DNA of 64,000 nt from Hemiscyllium ocellatum. Its lineage: Eukaryota. The notes beneath the pieces are model-generated. The model was not told the origin of the DNA. It saw nothing but the letters and a program-made list of their open reading frames with translations, and did not search any database. The position numbers were made by a program, and so were the translations under genes. Every line of letters begins with the position of its first letter. Positions within the stretch are counted from its first letter, which is position 1. The stretch spans positions 114,265,731 through 114,329,730 of the forward strand of contig NC_083404.1 of the NCBI RefSeq assembly GCF_020745735.1, read 5' to 3'. Below, in pieces: positions 1-12,505 of this stretch.

Positions 1-1896
1 TGTATTCAAGATCTGGCCTCAGTAATACGCTGAATAACTGAAGCGTAATACGCTTATTTTTATGCTCAATTCTTCTTGTAATTAATGACAGTATTTCATT
101 GGCCAATTCCTTGCTGTACCTGCATCAATTGTGGCGCATGCACATTTAGTTTCTCTCCAAGCTTCTCTCTTCCTGTATTTGATGTGAATTTGCATCTTGA
201 CCCGTTGCCAATGCTATGTTTTTTGATATCCTTAAGCTTCTTAAAGTAACAAAATTAAAAATAAGAGACAGGAGTCGGAAATCACAAGAATCATGTTCCA
301 TACAAAGATAATGAGGCTGCATTGCAATTTTAGTCTAAGTGTGAGTCAGGACTGCAAACACATCTTTATTACATTCTTCTTAGGCGGTTTCTTGAAACCA
401 AAGATGACTGTCTTCCACTCTACAGTTGTGATAATATATTAAATAATTCAATGCTAGATTCACATGCCCTACCACGGTGGAAGAAAGTGGGGGAAACACA
501 GTGGAGGGTAGACCAATGGTGGTGGGTGACATCCACTGAGGAAAAAGTGTCAGGTTGGGTCCACTGGGAAAATGGGGAGCTTAGATAGGGATTCCGAGAA
601 AGAGTGGTGGCTAGCAGAGGTCTGGTTGAGTCTAATGGGAAATGGATGGTTGGGGAGGTAGGAAAAAGGGGAGGACAGAAATGAGGTGGTTTGTCAGGTC
701 GGATTCAGTGAGGGCATCTGGTAGTTGTATCAATGTGGGAAGGAGGGAAGGAGAGACCTGGGTCCTTGGATGGATTTTGTGTCAGGGTTTAGCTGGTGTA
801 GGTGATCAGCTGGAGGCGCAGTTGCCGAGGGTGTGAGGTTTGTATGTATCCATTTAATCATTACTCAGAAGTTAGACTTGGTATTGAATAATCTTACTTT
901 TCTTGAGTAACTATTTTGTTTAATTCCTTTTGAACCATCCAAAGATTTTGACTTGACTGCAGACTTACAGGAGATCCAGGTGCAGAGGAATTTCCAAGTG
1001 GAAAGTATAATTTCCTTCAGAGTATACTGCAGTGATGATCTTACAGGTTTCCCATGCACAATGTCTAACAACCCTGGAATAATGGCTGTCTGACCAGTGA
1101 AGAATCTGAGCCATGGTTCCTCAGTCTGCCAAAGGATATACTGGCAATCCCAGACCTGTGAATGGATTCTGTTCTTGAATCCATTTACAAGCTGGTTTGT
1201 ATGCAAATCGGTTCACAATGAAGGACAATATAAATTAACTGTTCATTATTACAAGAAATGTCAGATCTTTAAAATTACACCCTGGAATGGGATTGCCTTT
1301 GTACGTACGAGCCTTCAAAGGTTGTCTTTCACAAACCAGAGAATCTCTGAACTGGCATGATGAAGGCAATGTTGAGTTTCATCATCAATATCTACCCTCG
1401 CTGCAAGGAAGCTCCCAAGTTATGCCACTTCTTGCGCATTGTCTAATGACTCACCATGTATGGCGATAGTTTTGGGGGGGATGGGAGGTGGTTGGGCAGT
1501 GTTATGTGGATTGAACGGATTCATAATGGATCTTTGCCTTTTGGTTGTTTGGCCTAAGGCTCATGCACAAATCTCTGTAAACATGTCAGTCAGAAGAACT
1601 CAGCTCTTGGATGTCAAAGGTTTGAGAACACAGTGTGAGTATCGGTTTCTCAACATATTGATTTACTCCTTGTGATATCAAGAAATAGCTGACTGCACTG
1701 AATACAACAATGACTATAGGTCCAGACAACATGCTGGCCATTTTACTGAAGACTTGAGCATCAGAACTACTCATTCCCCTCGCCAAGTTATTTCAGTACA
1801 GTTACAACATGGTATCTATTCAACAATGTGGAGACTTGCACAGGTTTGTTGAGTCCACAAAAAACAGTATAAATCCAACCCAGCTAGTTACCAAAA

Positions 1897-2006
1897 TAAA
1901 ACAAAGAACTGCAAATGCAAGAGATCTGAAACAAAAGCAGAACCTGCTGTAGAAACTCCTGCAGGTGTGGCAGCATCTGTGGGAAGAAAACAGAGTTATC
2001 ATTTCT
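1897..2006 (-). mobile_element. Degenerate Penelope-like pLTR fragment (older subfamily)
   Basis: Minus strand reads gaaatgataactctgttttcttcccacagatgctgcc..., matching the sequence downstream of the hammerhead in other copies (e.g. 45221-45312). Confidence 0.55.
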
Positions 2007-2149
2007 TAATGGTTCATGTTAATGTTAATGTTTATTCTCATTCATTAACAAGTAATGGAAAGTGTTTCCACATGACATCAACATCAGTAATGCTCAGTTT
2101 GGATTCTGCTAGGGCTACTTAGCTCCTGATATCTTTCCAGCCTTGGTGA

Positions 2150-2262
2150 CAGTGAGGTCTGCAAATGCCGGAGATCAGAGCTGAGAGAGTGTTGCTGGAA
2201 AAGCACAGCAGATCAGGCAGCATCCGAGGAGCAGGAAAATCGCGTTTTGGGCCGGAGGAATG
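2150..2262 (-). mobile_element. Penelope-like solo pLTR with partly deleted hammerhead
   Basis: gctggaaaagcacagcagatcaggcagcatccgaggagcagg core shared with other copies. Flanking direct repeat gccttggt at 2140-2147 and 2265-2272. Confidence 0.75.
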
Positions 2263-5200
2263 AGGCCTTGGTCTAAACATGAATAAAGGAGTTAAATACA
2301 AAGGATAAAGTGAGAATAACTGCCCTTGATATCAAGGCAATATTCGACTGGGATAGCATTAAAGAAAACTGGAAAACTGGAATCAATGGAAATCAGAGGA
2401 AACTCATTGTTAATGCAAAGGAAGATTGGTATAGCATTGAAAACCAATTACCTCAGCTCCTCAGCATCACTATTGCAGGATAATGTCCCGGACGCAGTCA
2501 GCTTCATCAATGATATGCTGTCCAGAAATGAGGAGGTTCACTAGTGTTTGCACAATGTTCAGCTCTATTTCAACTCCTCAAGTGCTAAACATTTCCTGCT
2601 GGCAGATGTTTTCTGTCAGCAGATGTAATTACACACTCTGGAACAGGTGGGATTTGAACATGGGCATCCAAGCTCATGGATATTACCATGATGTCACAAA
2701 AATCCCCCGGTTCCTCTCCTGTATTCAGCAAGATCTGGGAAATAACAATTAGGCTTGGGCTAATAAGTAACCAGTAACAATCAGACCTCATAAGGCAATG
2801 ATTATCTCCAACAAGAGAGAATATAGCAAAGCTCCTTCAATGTTGAGCAATATTTGCATCACAGAATGCCATGCCAACAATGTATTAAGGATAATATAAC
2901 TAGAAACATACTGTGGCTACAAGAGCAAGAAAAGGTTTGGAATTCTGTGATGAGAAATACACCTACTGTCTCTTTAAAACTCTTCACAATCTTCAAGGCA
3001 CACGGCAGGAGTGTGATGGAAATATTTCCACTTGCCTGATGACTTCATCTTCATTGACGCTCAAGAAGTTCAATATCATCTGGAAAAGAATAGTTGGGTC
3101 AGTTGGCATCCCATCCATCACTTTAAACATTTGCTTCCCTCCATTACCAGTGCACAGCAGCAGCAGTGTTTGACATCTGCAAGAATCACTGCAGTAATTT
3201 ACCATGCCTCCTTCAACAGTCTCCCCCAAATCTGCAACCATTATCACCTAGACAAACAAGATCAGCTATTACGTACAGCTTCCCTCTAGGCCACACGACA
3301 GTGTAACCTGGAACTATATCATTGCTCCTTCATTGTGTTGTGTCAAGAACTAGGAACTCCCTTCCTAACACCACTCTAGGTTTACCTGTATCAAATGGAC
3401 TACAATGTTCTGGAAAGAGGGTCATCACCAGCTTCTCAGGGAAATTGGGGTCGAATAATTGATGCTCGGCTTGCTAGGGATGTCCACACCTCACAAACAA
3501 ATGGAAACATGAGAAAGAAGCTATTGCAAGTTTAGAAAGTGAGCAGGAGATCCAATTATTAAAACACAATTTCACTCTGCACTGAAGCTATATGAGGTGT
3601 TGAAATGAATTGGCTACAGTATATTATAGTCAGGTCTCAATCCATGTAACCTGAAATGCTTTTCATTGACGTCAGTAATATTAACATAGTATAGTTGCTT
3701 CAGTACTGGTAACAACTTGAGAATACAAAACAGCCTCGCTTGCCTTGTATATAAATTTTCTATTTCCCCATTCCCTGAAGATGTTATAGAGTGTTAGAAA
3801 AAGTCAGATGAGAAAAAACATTCTCTGTTTCTCTGTTTTCGCCTCTGCCTTAACCTATTCTCTGCACAGATCATTCAAAACAGTCAGCCTAAAGTTAAGC
3901 ATCTTCATCAGCCAGAAGGTTATTCTAAACATTGATGGTCTTTCAAGTCAAATCATTGGCCAACAAATTCACAAAAGTTGAAGCAAGTTTCCATTAAAAC
4001 AGTTCACGTTGCCATGACTTATTTTGCTGCCACTATATCTCTATAGCGGGGCCCACTTGCATCAGATTCCAGGAATCTTCACCAAGCATTTGCAAGGAAG
4101 TGTCAGAGACCTCTTACCACACTCCTCCAACTTCTTCAGAACCCAGTCTATCAGAGGCATGTATTCCCAGGGAGTCAAGATGAAGGAATCGGTAGCCTCA
4201 CTGGAAGAGAGGTTGGTGAGAGGGGATAATCAATTAAAGCAGACCAACTGGATTGAGTAAAATTTAGAAAAGTATTTTGATGGGCCACCCAAATATCACA
4301 TCAAAGGGGAACTGTTTGTGGAGGAAGGCAGGATAAACCTCCAGTGGTAAAAATGGGACAAATGAATACCAAAGTAGCATTCATACCAACCTGCCTCACC
4401 GAAGTAGGTGCATTCCCACTTAACTCCATCATGGTGTCCCAAAGGGAACAATCCAAAATAACCTCAGTGCATAATTTATAGGATTACTTATCATTAGGAA
4501 AGTGCTCGTGTTTTTTTTTAATCACTGAATTTTTATACGTGAATTTTCTTTGTTTCTATTTTCAAGACATTAATGAAGTTAGGAGACCAAATTTAAAAAT
4601 TCATGTAATTGCTTGTTGTTGCCACCACATTGCGATAGTTGTCAGGAAATAAGTTGAATTGAAAATGTTGACATCCTTGTTTTTAACAATAAATGTTCAA
4701 AGAATGTTTTAGCAGGACAAAAGTTTTGTATTGAGAAATGCATATTCCAGGTAAGGCATATCATAATAGACTAACCGTGCCTTTATTAGAATTCTACAAT
4801 AATGTTAATTACCTTCAGCCTGATTTAGCTTGATCTGAAAGTGTGTTTAAATGCTAGATGATTATGCAGCATATTGTACCTGAATGCTTTCAGTAAACAT
4901 GTGCCAAAGCTGTATCCATCTGAATTATTCACTCTGTTTGTGTGCCAATATTAATACTTTTATTTGTCTTTACTGTCAATCTACCATAAAACAAAGATGA
5001 AAGGAACAAAGGATATACAGAATATTGAGATGAATATGGCCTCTTCTCAGTTAGAAATTTTGTGATGATACAGAAGGCCTTTTCATCTATTAATCAAGGA
5101 AATATAAGACAATTCCCCAGGTGAAGAGAAAGAGCAACTTAACAGCAACTGCTAATCAAGAATGGAAAGGCCTACTACCCTTGTCTTCAATCTTTAGGGA

Positions 5201-6089
5201 GCCACTTGATTTTCTGATTATATTTTTCTGCAAATGCTGATTGCTACTAAGAGTGAGGAATTTTATTGTTGATCTAGAATATGTCATTTGAATGTCTGTG
5301 ATGATACAGACTGTTAATATAAAGGCTATTTTGCAGTCTGGGCATTTAATATGGTGCATCAATGTCAAGTCTAAAATCTAAGCTTGCATAGATATACGTG
5401 AAGGCATTAATTAGCTAATCATTTAAACACTTATAAAGAGACATCTATGACATGATGTTGGAATTGAATCAAAAACTATACATTCATGTTTCTCCTCCTG
5501 AATAAACCTAAAACTGTACAATCACTGGCACTGGTTTATTACTTCAGCAACTAACTGTTAGGAGTTTACATCATTACCCCGAATTCCTGAATATTTGAAT
5601 GTTCCACTTTCTGATTGCCATCCGCGACAGATTTCCAGCCTCGACTGTGATGCAAGCACAGTTGAATAATCTGTCAAGTCTCCTCTGCAAGATTTTGCAT
5701 GACTGCTTGGCTGGATGAGAGGGATGGCAAACAGTGTATGTGAAAGTGTACTATGGTAATTAGGTAACACATTTAGGTGGGGAAGAAAGCGAGAGAACGG
5801 GATAGGGAAAAGAGTGGAAGGAAAAGAAATGAGAAACAGTAATGAATTCACAATATAAACTTTGGAGTATGTTATTTTGCTGTGAAATGGAATCTGTTAA
5901 TATCACTCTATTTCTTTTTATTAAGGCAGTAGGATATGAAGTACATTGAATAATTTCATAAGATAACAAGATCTAATGTAGCATGACCGGGAGCACTTAA
6001 AGGTATAGGTTAAGAAAAGTGACACAATTGAAAATGTTAAAATCTCATTTTGTTCGAAGGGCCGTACAAACTGATCACAAAAAAAGCAA

Positions 6090-6560
6090 ATGTTCTTTCA
6101 TGTTCTTTTAAAGGTCAAACTTTGGTCAATTCTGTCAGCTTAATATCCATCGTAGCAAACAACATGAGAGTCTATTACAAAGGAAGTAATTCAAGTTGCA
6201 TTTAAGAAGAGTAAAAAGGCAGTATATCCGAGCCAATGTAGGTTTAGAAAAGGTCACTCATGCCAAACAAGTTTATCAGAATTCTTTGAGGATGTATCAG
6301 AATTGGTAGCTCAGTATAATGCAATGGATATCATATCTCTAAGACTTTCAGAAGACATTTGATACCATGCTTCTCAAGGGACATGCGGCTAAAGTGAGAG
6401 TTCTTGAGGGCAGAAGAGGGAGAGATAAATAGGATAGTAAATGGGCAAAATAACAGGATAAAGAAGAATAGTGATCAATATTGGAAAAGTTGTGGTCAGT
6501 GGAGCAGCTGCGGAGTCAGTCCTGGGACCTGTGCTGTCGAAAATATTTAGAATGCTGTAA
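6090..6560 (+). mobile_element. Very old CR1 RT fragment
   Basis: Decayed equivalents of the GFRKGHSCQTSLSEFFEDV and DFQKTFD RT motifs. Confidence 0.6.
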
Positions 6561-6967
6561 ATGAATATGAAAATGATCTGAATGATGTTTTTTAAAACAG
6601 AATGATTAAATCTGTGACAAGTACAGGATGTCACAAGATTTATTCAGTTGAAGAGGTCTATTTTCAAGAGCTAACCTTAGAAATATATTTCAATCAAGTG
6701 GATTTGAACCCAAGAGACACCTAAGAGAAAAGTTTACTAACTGATTGTCTGCAAATGTAGTTTATTCAGAAGATAGAAACACAAAGACTACTGGAAACTG
6801 GACAAATGAACCACAAAAAGAAGATAATCTTTCAAATGTCAGGTAAAAGAAGTCGCTAATATAAGAAATGCAAAGTACAGCATTAGAGACATTGCAAAAA
6901 GAAAAGGGATCTGAATGTGGGAATAGAAAGTGTCATCACTTTGTAAGGTGGAAACGCAAAGAGAAAT

Positions 6968-7068
6968 GAAATAAAAAAACAGAAGTGCTGGAGAATCTCA
7001 TCAGGACTGGCAGCAACTGGGGAAAGAGAAATAGTTACTGTTTTGAGTCTGATTTAACTCTTCAGAAA
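6968..7068 (-). mobile_element. Degenerate Penelope-like pLTR with decayed hammerhead (CUGAAGA...)
   Basis: Minus strand ttctgaagagttaaatcagactcaaaacagtaactatttctc followed by the usual pLTR body. Confidence 0.5.
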
Positions 7069-7615
7069 TGAGAGGAGAAATGGACTTTTTTATATTAATT
7101 CACTGGGTGTGGGAGACATTAACCATTCGACAAAGGGTGTAATGAGCTGCTTTCTGGAATTGCTGGAGTCCATTTGCTGTAGGTAGGAGTTCCAAGATTT
7201 TGACCATCTGACTCTGAAGGAATGCTATATATTTCCAAATCAGGAAAGTGAGTGGTTGGGAGGAGGAATTGCAGACGATAATGTTCCCATGAATCTGCTG
7301 CCCTTGACTTCTCAGATGAAAGTGGCTGTGGGCTTGAAAGGTGCTGTCCAAGATTATTAGTGTTTTTCTGCAGCACACCTTATAGTCAGTACATAATGCT
7401 GCTACTGAGCATCGATAGTGGAGGAACTAAATGTTTGCGGGTTGCTTTGTCCTGGATAGTGTCAAGCTTCTTGAGTGTTGTTGGAGCTACACTGATCCAG
7501 GCAAGTGGTATTCCATCACACTCCTGACTTGTGCCTTGTAGATGGTGGACAGGTTTTGCAGAGTCAGGAGGTGTGTTACTTGCTGGAGGATCCCTGACTG
7601 ACTTGTTCTTGTAAC

Positions 7616-7812
7616 AGCTGAAAATTTGTTGCTGGTTAAAGCACAGCAGGTCAGGCAGCATCCAAGGAACAGGAAATTCGACGTTTCGGGCCAGAGCCCT
7701 TCATCAGGAAACGTCGAATTTCCTGTTCCTTGGATGCTGCCTGACCTGCTGTGCTTTAACCAGCAACAAATTTTCAGCTCTGATCTCCAGCATCTGCAGA
7801 CCTCACTTTTTT
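7616..7812. mobile_element. Palindromic head-to-head Penelope pLTR insertion
   Basis: Perfect 72-bp inverted repeat (7616-7687 and 7708-7779) with a 20-nt spacer and a ~33-nt tail. TSD cttgttcttgta at 7602-7613 and 7813-7824. Confidence 0.92.
7677..7711 (-). ncRNA. Minimal type I hammerhead ribozyme motif
   Basis: Minus strand UUC-CUGAUGA-A-GGGC-UCUG-GCCC-GAAAC-GUC-GAA: intact catalytic core, 4-bp stem II, palindromic ACGU in place of stem III, GUC cleavage triplet. Confidence 0.85.
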
Positions 7813-7979
7813 CTTGTTCTTGTAGCAACAGTATTTGAATGATAAGACCAGTTCAGCTTCTGGTCTATGGGATTTTGAAGAAAGGTAGCAAGACGGAAAT
7901 GTTTAGAAGTGGATTCCAAAGCTTAGGTCTTTGACAGCTTTTATCAGATCATGTCACAAAAGAAATCCGAGGGCAAAAC

Positions 7980-8305
7980 TGGGGAATTAATGGCCTTGTC
8001 ATATTATTACTGGCCTGTTAGTTCAAAGACCCAGGTATTGTTCTGTGGGCTGAGGTTAGAATCTGAAATTTGAATCCAATGAAAATCTGGAACTTAGAGT
8101 CTGATGATGACCTGAAGCCATTGCCAATTGTCAGAAAAACCCACCTGCTCTACTAACTGCCATCCTTATCTTGTCTGGTCTACATGTGACTCCAGACCCA
8201 CAGCAATGTGGTTGACTCTTATCTGCCCTATGGGCAATTTGGGATGGTCAATAAATGTTTGCCTGGCCAGCAATACTCTGGTCCTATCAATTAATGTTTT
8301 TAAAA
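7980..8305 (+). mobile_element. tRNA-derived SINE whose tail matches the old CR1-clade LINE (central domain possibly MetaSINE-like)
   Basis: Decayed A/B-box head, core ctgccatccttatcttgtctggtctacatgtgactccagacccacagcaatgtgg, tail gggcaatttgggatggtcaataaatg. Homologous to 17515-18045 and 32965-33325. The superfamily name is from memory and unverified. Confidence 0.7.
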
Positions 8306-9214
8306 AAACACTTTAAACTCACCATCAATCCAAGCCTACATGTGGAAATGGAATAGTAACCAAAGACTGATTCCCAGCCACAATGCCCAATTCTAACCAG
8401 CAATACCTGCAGCTTGCTTGTTCTTAAATCTCTGGACCAATTCTAGCAAAGTTAATGCAATGCAGAGTAAAATTGTCCCACAGATGGTTAGTACAAACAT
8501 AGCCCTTTGAAACATAATTCTAGATTATCGCACCAGAGGCAGTGTGTGTTTTGAGAAATGTTTAATGGCTGTCTTAAACTAAAGGGAAAGCAAGTTTCTG
8601 CAGATTTAAGCAAGCCAGCTATTACACTCTGTCCAATTGCATTTCTCTGAACATTCCCCTTCCATGTAAAAACAATTGCATGTGCTATTACTTGAATTTA
8701 AAAATGACCCCATTTACATGGTCAACGAAGAAAAACTAAATCATTCTTCGTAATCAGAACTGTGATAATTCAAGTCTGTCCAACTTTCATCAGTCTCTGC
8801 ATATGCATCAATCATCTCTAAAGCATTTGGGTCTTTTGATGTTGGGTGCTGTTTTTGTCAGTATCTGCTCGTTCCTCAGGAAATGTCCCTTTGCTGGGAG
8901 TTTCATCATCAGCAGTTATCTTGCCTTAATCACTTTCAAGATACCTCCTGAAGTTACCCTTGAGTGAATATTATGTGAGCAGGCATGGAAAAGGAAAGGC
9001 AAGCATCCCCATTGCACTTTAATGTGTCTATGCCAACTGATATTCCTACCCACCATTTTTGCCCTTCCTTCATAAATGATCGTACCAGAGTTATGGGCAT
9101 TTGTGGAATGGCAAGCGTGGTATAGAATGCATGGATAGGGCTGAGGGACAGTGTGGAATCAGGAGGTGTGACCAAGAGGGATGTTTTATATTTTAATCTT
9201 TGGTCAATAATTCC

Positions 9215-9460
9215 CAATCTTTTACCATTTAAGATATGTGCTGCACCTCTATTCCTCCTACCAACATTTAAAACCTCACATTTACCCACATTATACTCCA
9301 TCTTCCATGCTCTTGTCCATGCAGCCTGTATAAATTTCCCTGAATCCTTTTTGTATCCTCCTCATATGTCACGTTCCATTCATTATGTTATCTGCAAGAT
9401 TGGAAATATTACAACTGGTTCTCACAGGCAAAATCCTTGATATAGATTTGACAACTGTCA
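9215..9460 (-). mobile_element. Old CR1 RT fragment
   Basis: 'MEYNVGKCEVLNVGRRNRGAAHILNG' is a typical CR1 RT C-terminal segment. Confidence 0.7.
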
Positions 9461-10090
9461 CCCAATCTCTGGATCCAAAATGATTAGGGAGACAGTGACA
9501 TTGACTGTTTTGATACAGTTAAGGGTAGCCCATTGGAAGGCTGTTCAGATATCATATAATATTCAAAACTAAGCATTTCCTTTGTTCTGCAATACCAGCT
9601 AGAAGAGGGATAGAAAAATAATCTGCATTCCGAGAAAGCTGTCTGTTCAGGGTACAATTTGAGGTAATTTTTGTTTGTTTTTGCCATCTCAATAGATCAG
9701 TCAGAAAATGGCATAACTGCCGCAGTTATCTCAATAGATCATGATGGACCAAATGCCCTCCCTCCACATGATAACAACTCCTTGATTCTGTGAAATACTA
9801 GCCATTGTTTATCTAACAGCAACATTTTTAATGTATTTTTGAATTCCACCACAGTCAACTTCCTCCTTATATATTCATAGTTGTTATTGATTAGATTTAA
9901 TTACATATATTTCTACAGTATTGTTAGTTCTTGATATGGTCATCATTGAGGGATGACAGTCTAATATGTAGAAGTCCTGCTAATGACTGAATTGTGATTG
10001 GACAATCTTAGTTAAATTTGGTTCACTTTGCATCAGATTGTCCATCATTATAAAATGCAAAAGTGAAACCATGATATAGAGTTAGAGTAG

Positions 10091-10183
10091 AAAATGTGTT
10101 GCTGGAAAAGCGCAGCAGGTCAGGCAGCATCCAAGGAACAGGAGATTTGACGTTTCGGGCATAAGCCCTTCTTCAGGAATGAC
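10091..10183 (-). mobile_element. Solo Penelope pLTR with hammerhead (CUGAAGA-A-GGGC-UUAU-GCCC-GAAAC-GUC)
   Basis: Core at 10145-10180. TSD tatagagtta(g/c)agtag at 10075-10090 and 10184-10199. Confidence 0.88.
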
Positions 10184-10434
10184 TATAGAGTTACAGTAGT
10201 CTGCTGAGTTCTGTTTGCAGTTATTTTTCCTCCAGCCCTATTTCTTCATTAAAGTTTGTGATTCAGTAATACCTCACCAGGCAATTCACCCATGGAGGCA
10301 ACTGTTGTTCAAGTGTGAGCTTCAATAGTGATCATTGTCAGGCCCAATTAGTTGGGAATAGTTAAGTCAAATCTATCTTTGCTCAAAATCCACAATTTTC
10401 AGCTGAAATAATGATAGAACCCTGAATCACAGAA

Positions 10435-10757
10435 GGATAAAATGGCTCAATGGTTAGCACTGCTGTCTCACAGCACTGGCGATCCAGGTTCAATTCTAGC
10501 CTCAGGTGATTGTGTGGAGTTTGCACTGTGTCTATCTCTGTGTCTGTGTGGATTTCCTCCAGGCTCCCTGGTTTCCTCCCACTGTCCAAAGATGTGCAGG
10601 TTAGGCGGGTGGGCCATGCTAAATTGCTATCGCGTCCAGGGGTGTGTAGGTGAGGTAGATTAGCTATGGGAAAGACAGGGTTTGGGTGGGATGTTCTTTG
10701 GCGGGTTACACACCAACATACTGAATGGTCTATTTCCACACTTTAGGGATTCAATGA
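10435..10757 (+). mobile_element. HE1-type V-SINE
   Basis: tRNA-like head (tggctcaatggttagc...ggttcaattc), V-domain tgtgtggagtttgcac...tttcctcccactgtccaaagatgtgcagg, CR1-like tail. Confidence 0.88.
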
Positions 10758-11084
10758 CACCACTTGCGTTGACTCTTTGGGAAAGCTGGTAAATTAGTTC
10801 CCATCCTGCCACTCTTACACCATAACTCCAAATTTATTTTTGTCCATTAAAGTCCTGTTTGAAAGTTATATTTGATTCTGTTTCCCACACACTTTTCAGC
10901 AGTTACTTCCACATCACAACACCTCATTGGAGAAAAGACAAATAGGGAGCAAGAGCTAGATCTTAACAAACGTTTTCCTTTCCACAGCTCAGTGGATTGT
11001 GCTAAATGTTGTACCATTTTTCAGATGACCAAGAGGTTTGATTAGGGACTGCAAATGGATTTGCAACTATGGTTTGAGTGATAG

Positions 11085-11612
11085 CCCTGCTATAGGAAGG
11101 ATGTTATTAAGCTAGAAAGGGCACAGAAAAGATTCACAAGGATGTTGCTGGGACTGGAGGGTTTGAGTTGTAAGGAGAGACTGAATAGGCTGGGGCTTTC
11201 TTTTTACAGGAGCGCCGGAGGCTGAAGGCTGACCTCGTAGAGATTTATAAAATCACGAGGGACATGGATAAGGGGAATAGTCCAAATATATTTCCAAGCA
11301 TAGGGGAGTCCAGAACTAGAGGGGTCTTTGTTTAAGGCGAGAGAAGAAAGATTTAAAATGGACCTTAGAAGTAAATTTTTCAAACTACGTGGAATGTGTG
11401 TGTATGGAATGAGCTGCCAGAGTCAGTGGTGGAGGTGAGGATGATTACAGCATTTGAAAGACATTTGAACAGGTACATGAAGGGGGAAGGTTGAGAGGGA
11501 CATAGGCCAAATGCAAGAAAATGGGACTAGTTCAGGTTAGGGTAGCTGGATGGCATGGACTGGATGGAATGAGGGGACTGTTTCTGACTGTGTGACTCTA
11601 TGACACTATGGC
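11085..11612 (+). mobile_element. CR1 LINE 3' fragment
   Basis: RT C-terminal motifs (YRKDVIKLERAQKRFTRML, WNELPE) and a tatgac-type tail. Confidence 0.85.
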
Positions 11613-12505
11613 TCAACTGGATGATGCTTCCATTCACTAAACCATCAGATATCACAAAGAATGCAATGCCTCAATCTCTTTTCCTGCCACTCCATTGCCT
11701 ATGATGGGGCTTTAGAGACAGGTTCTGTTGTAGCTGAAGCTCCATGGTGCTTAAGACATAAACAAAAGGGAGGAAATGGTAATATTTTGAAAAACAAATT
11801 TGATCTTGAAGAATTGACTTTCTGTGGGCTTGTCATATTTCTAAATATGGGCTAAGAGAGAAAGATGGAATCCAAAGGGCAATTCTTGAATTGGTTCCAA
11901 TGTTTTGTATTAATGTAGTTGAATGAGACATTGCAACTAAAATGCTTACTGCTCGAATTACTGAATGCTTCAATATATTTGTACCTTGGTACCACTCAGT
12001 GCTAACAATGTGCTGATTAGGTTGGCAATAGCACAATTGCTTTCTCCAGTTTGTGTTGTGTAGAGGTCTGGATTGATATTCTTTTTAATTTATATTCCAC
12101 AAGATGTTTATGTTTCTCCCCACGAACTAAAGGAATCACACACTGACCGCTCAAAGTTTCAATTGGACCTTTCTCCTTCCTCCATTATGTATCAAATCTT
12201 TCCTCTGACAATTCTACTTCTCTCAACATACTTAAGTGAATTTATCTCATTTATTTCTATTGTTTTGAAAATATTTGAGTGTTTTCATTTCGTCAAAGAA
12301 ACAAGGGTCATTGCTCCTCTGTAATTTAATCCTCATGCTGTTTTTAAATTTCAACTTCAAGGTTATCCACTTTGGTAGCAAAAATAGGATGGCAGAATAT
12401 TGTTTGAATAAAGAAGACCTGTTAAATAAGACCTGGGTGTCCTTGTGTACAGTTACTGAAAATAAACACTCAGGACACAGCAGTCAGGAAGCAAGACAAG
12501 CTCAA

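Larger units (their letters stand above)
1690..3500 (+). mobile_element. Old CR1-clade LINE (family with 'YKAQVRSVMEY' RT C-terminus), fragmented RT and 3' end
   Basis: Decayed RT-like reading ('TIFKAHGRSVMEIFPLA', 'TLKKFNII') followed by a 3' tail at ~3440-3500. Homologous to copies at 7100-7860, 12840-13400 and 20680-26840. Interrupted by short inserts. Boundaries are approximate. Confidence 0.7.
7100..7860 (-). mobile_element. Old CR1-clade LINE 3' fragment, split by the palindromic insert at 7616-7812
   Basis: Translations 'LSTIYKAQVRSVMEY', 'PLAWISVAPTTLKKLDTIQDKA' and 'GLQQFQKAAH'. Confidence 0.8.

Noticed and set aside
470-840. G-rich, purine-biased tract
   Set aside because: Low complexity with no periodicity or family I can name; the G-runs are irregular.
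865-1469. Cluster of short ORFs and gtaagt-like sites
   Set aside because: No frame gave a recognisable protein.
7616-7779. Interpretation as a MITE or pre-miRNA
   Set aside because: The arms are Penelope pLTR sequence, junctions differ between copies, and TSDs are long and variable.
10435-10520. tRNA-like A and B boxes (also in other SINE heads)
   Set aside because: They continue into SINE bodies and do not form a cloverleaf.
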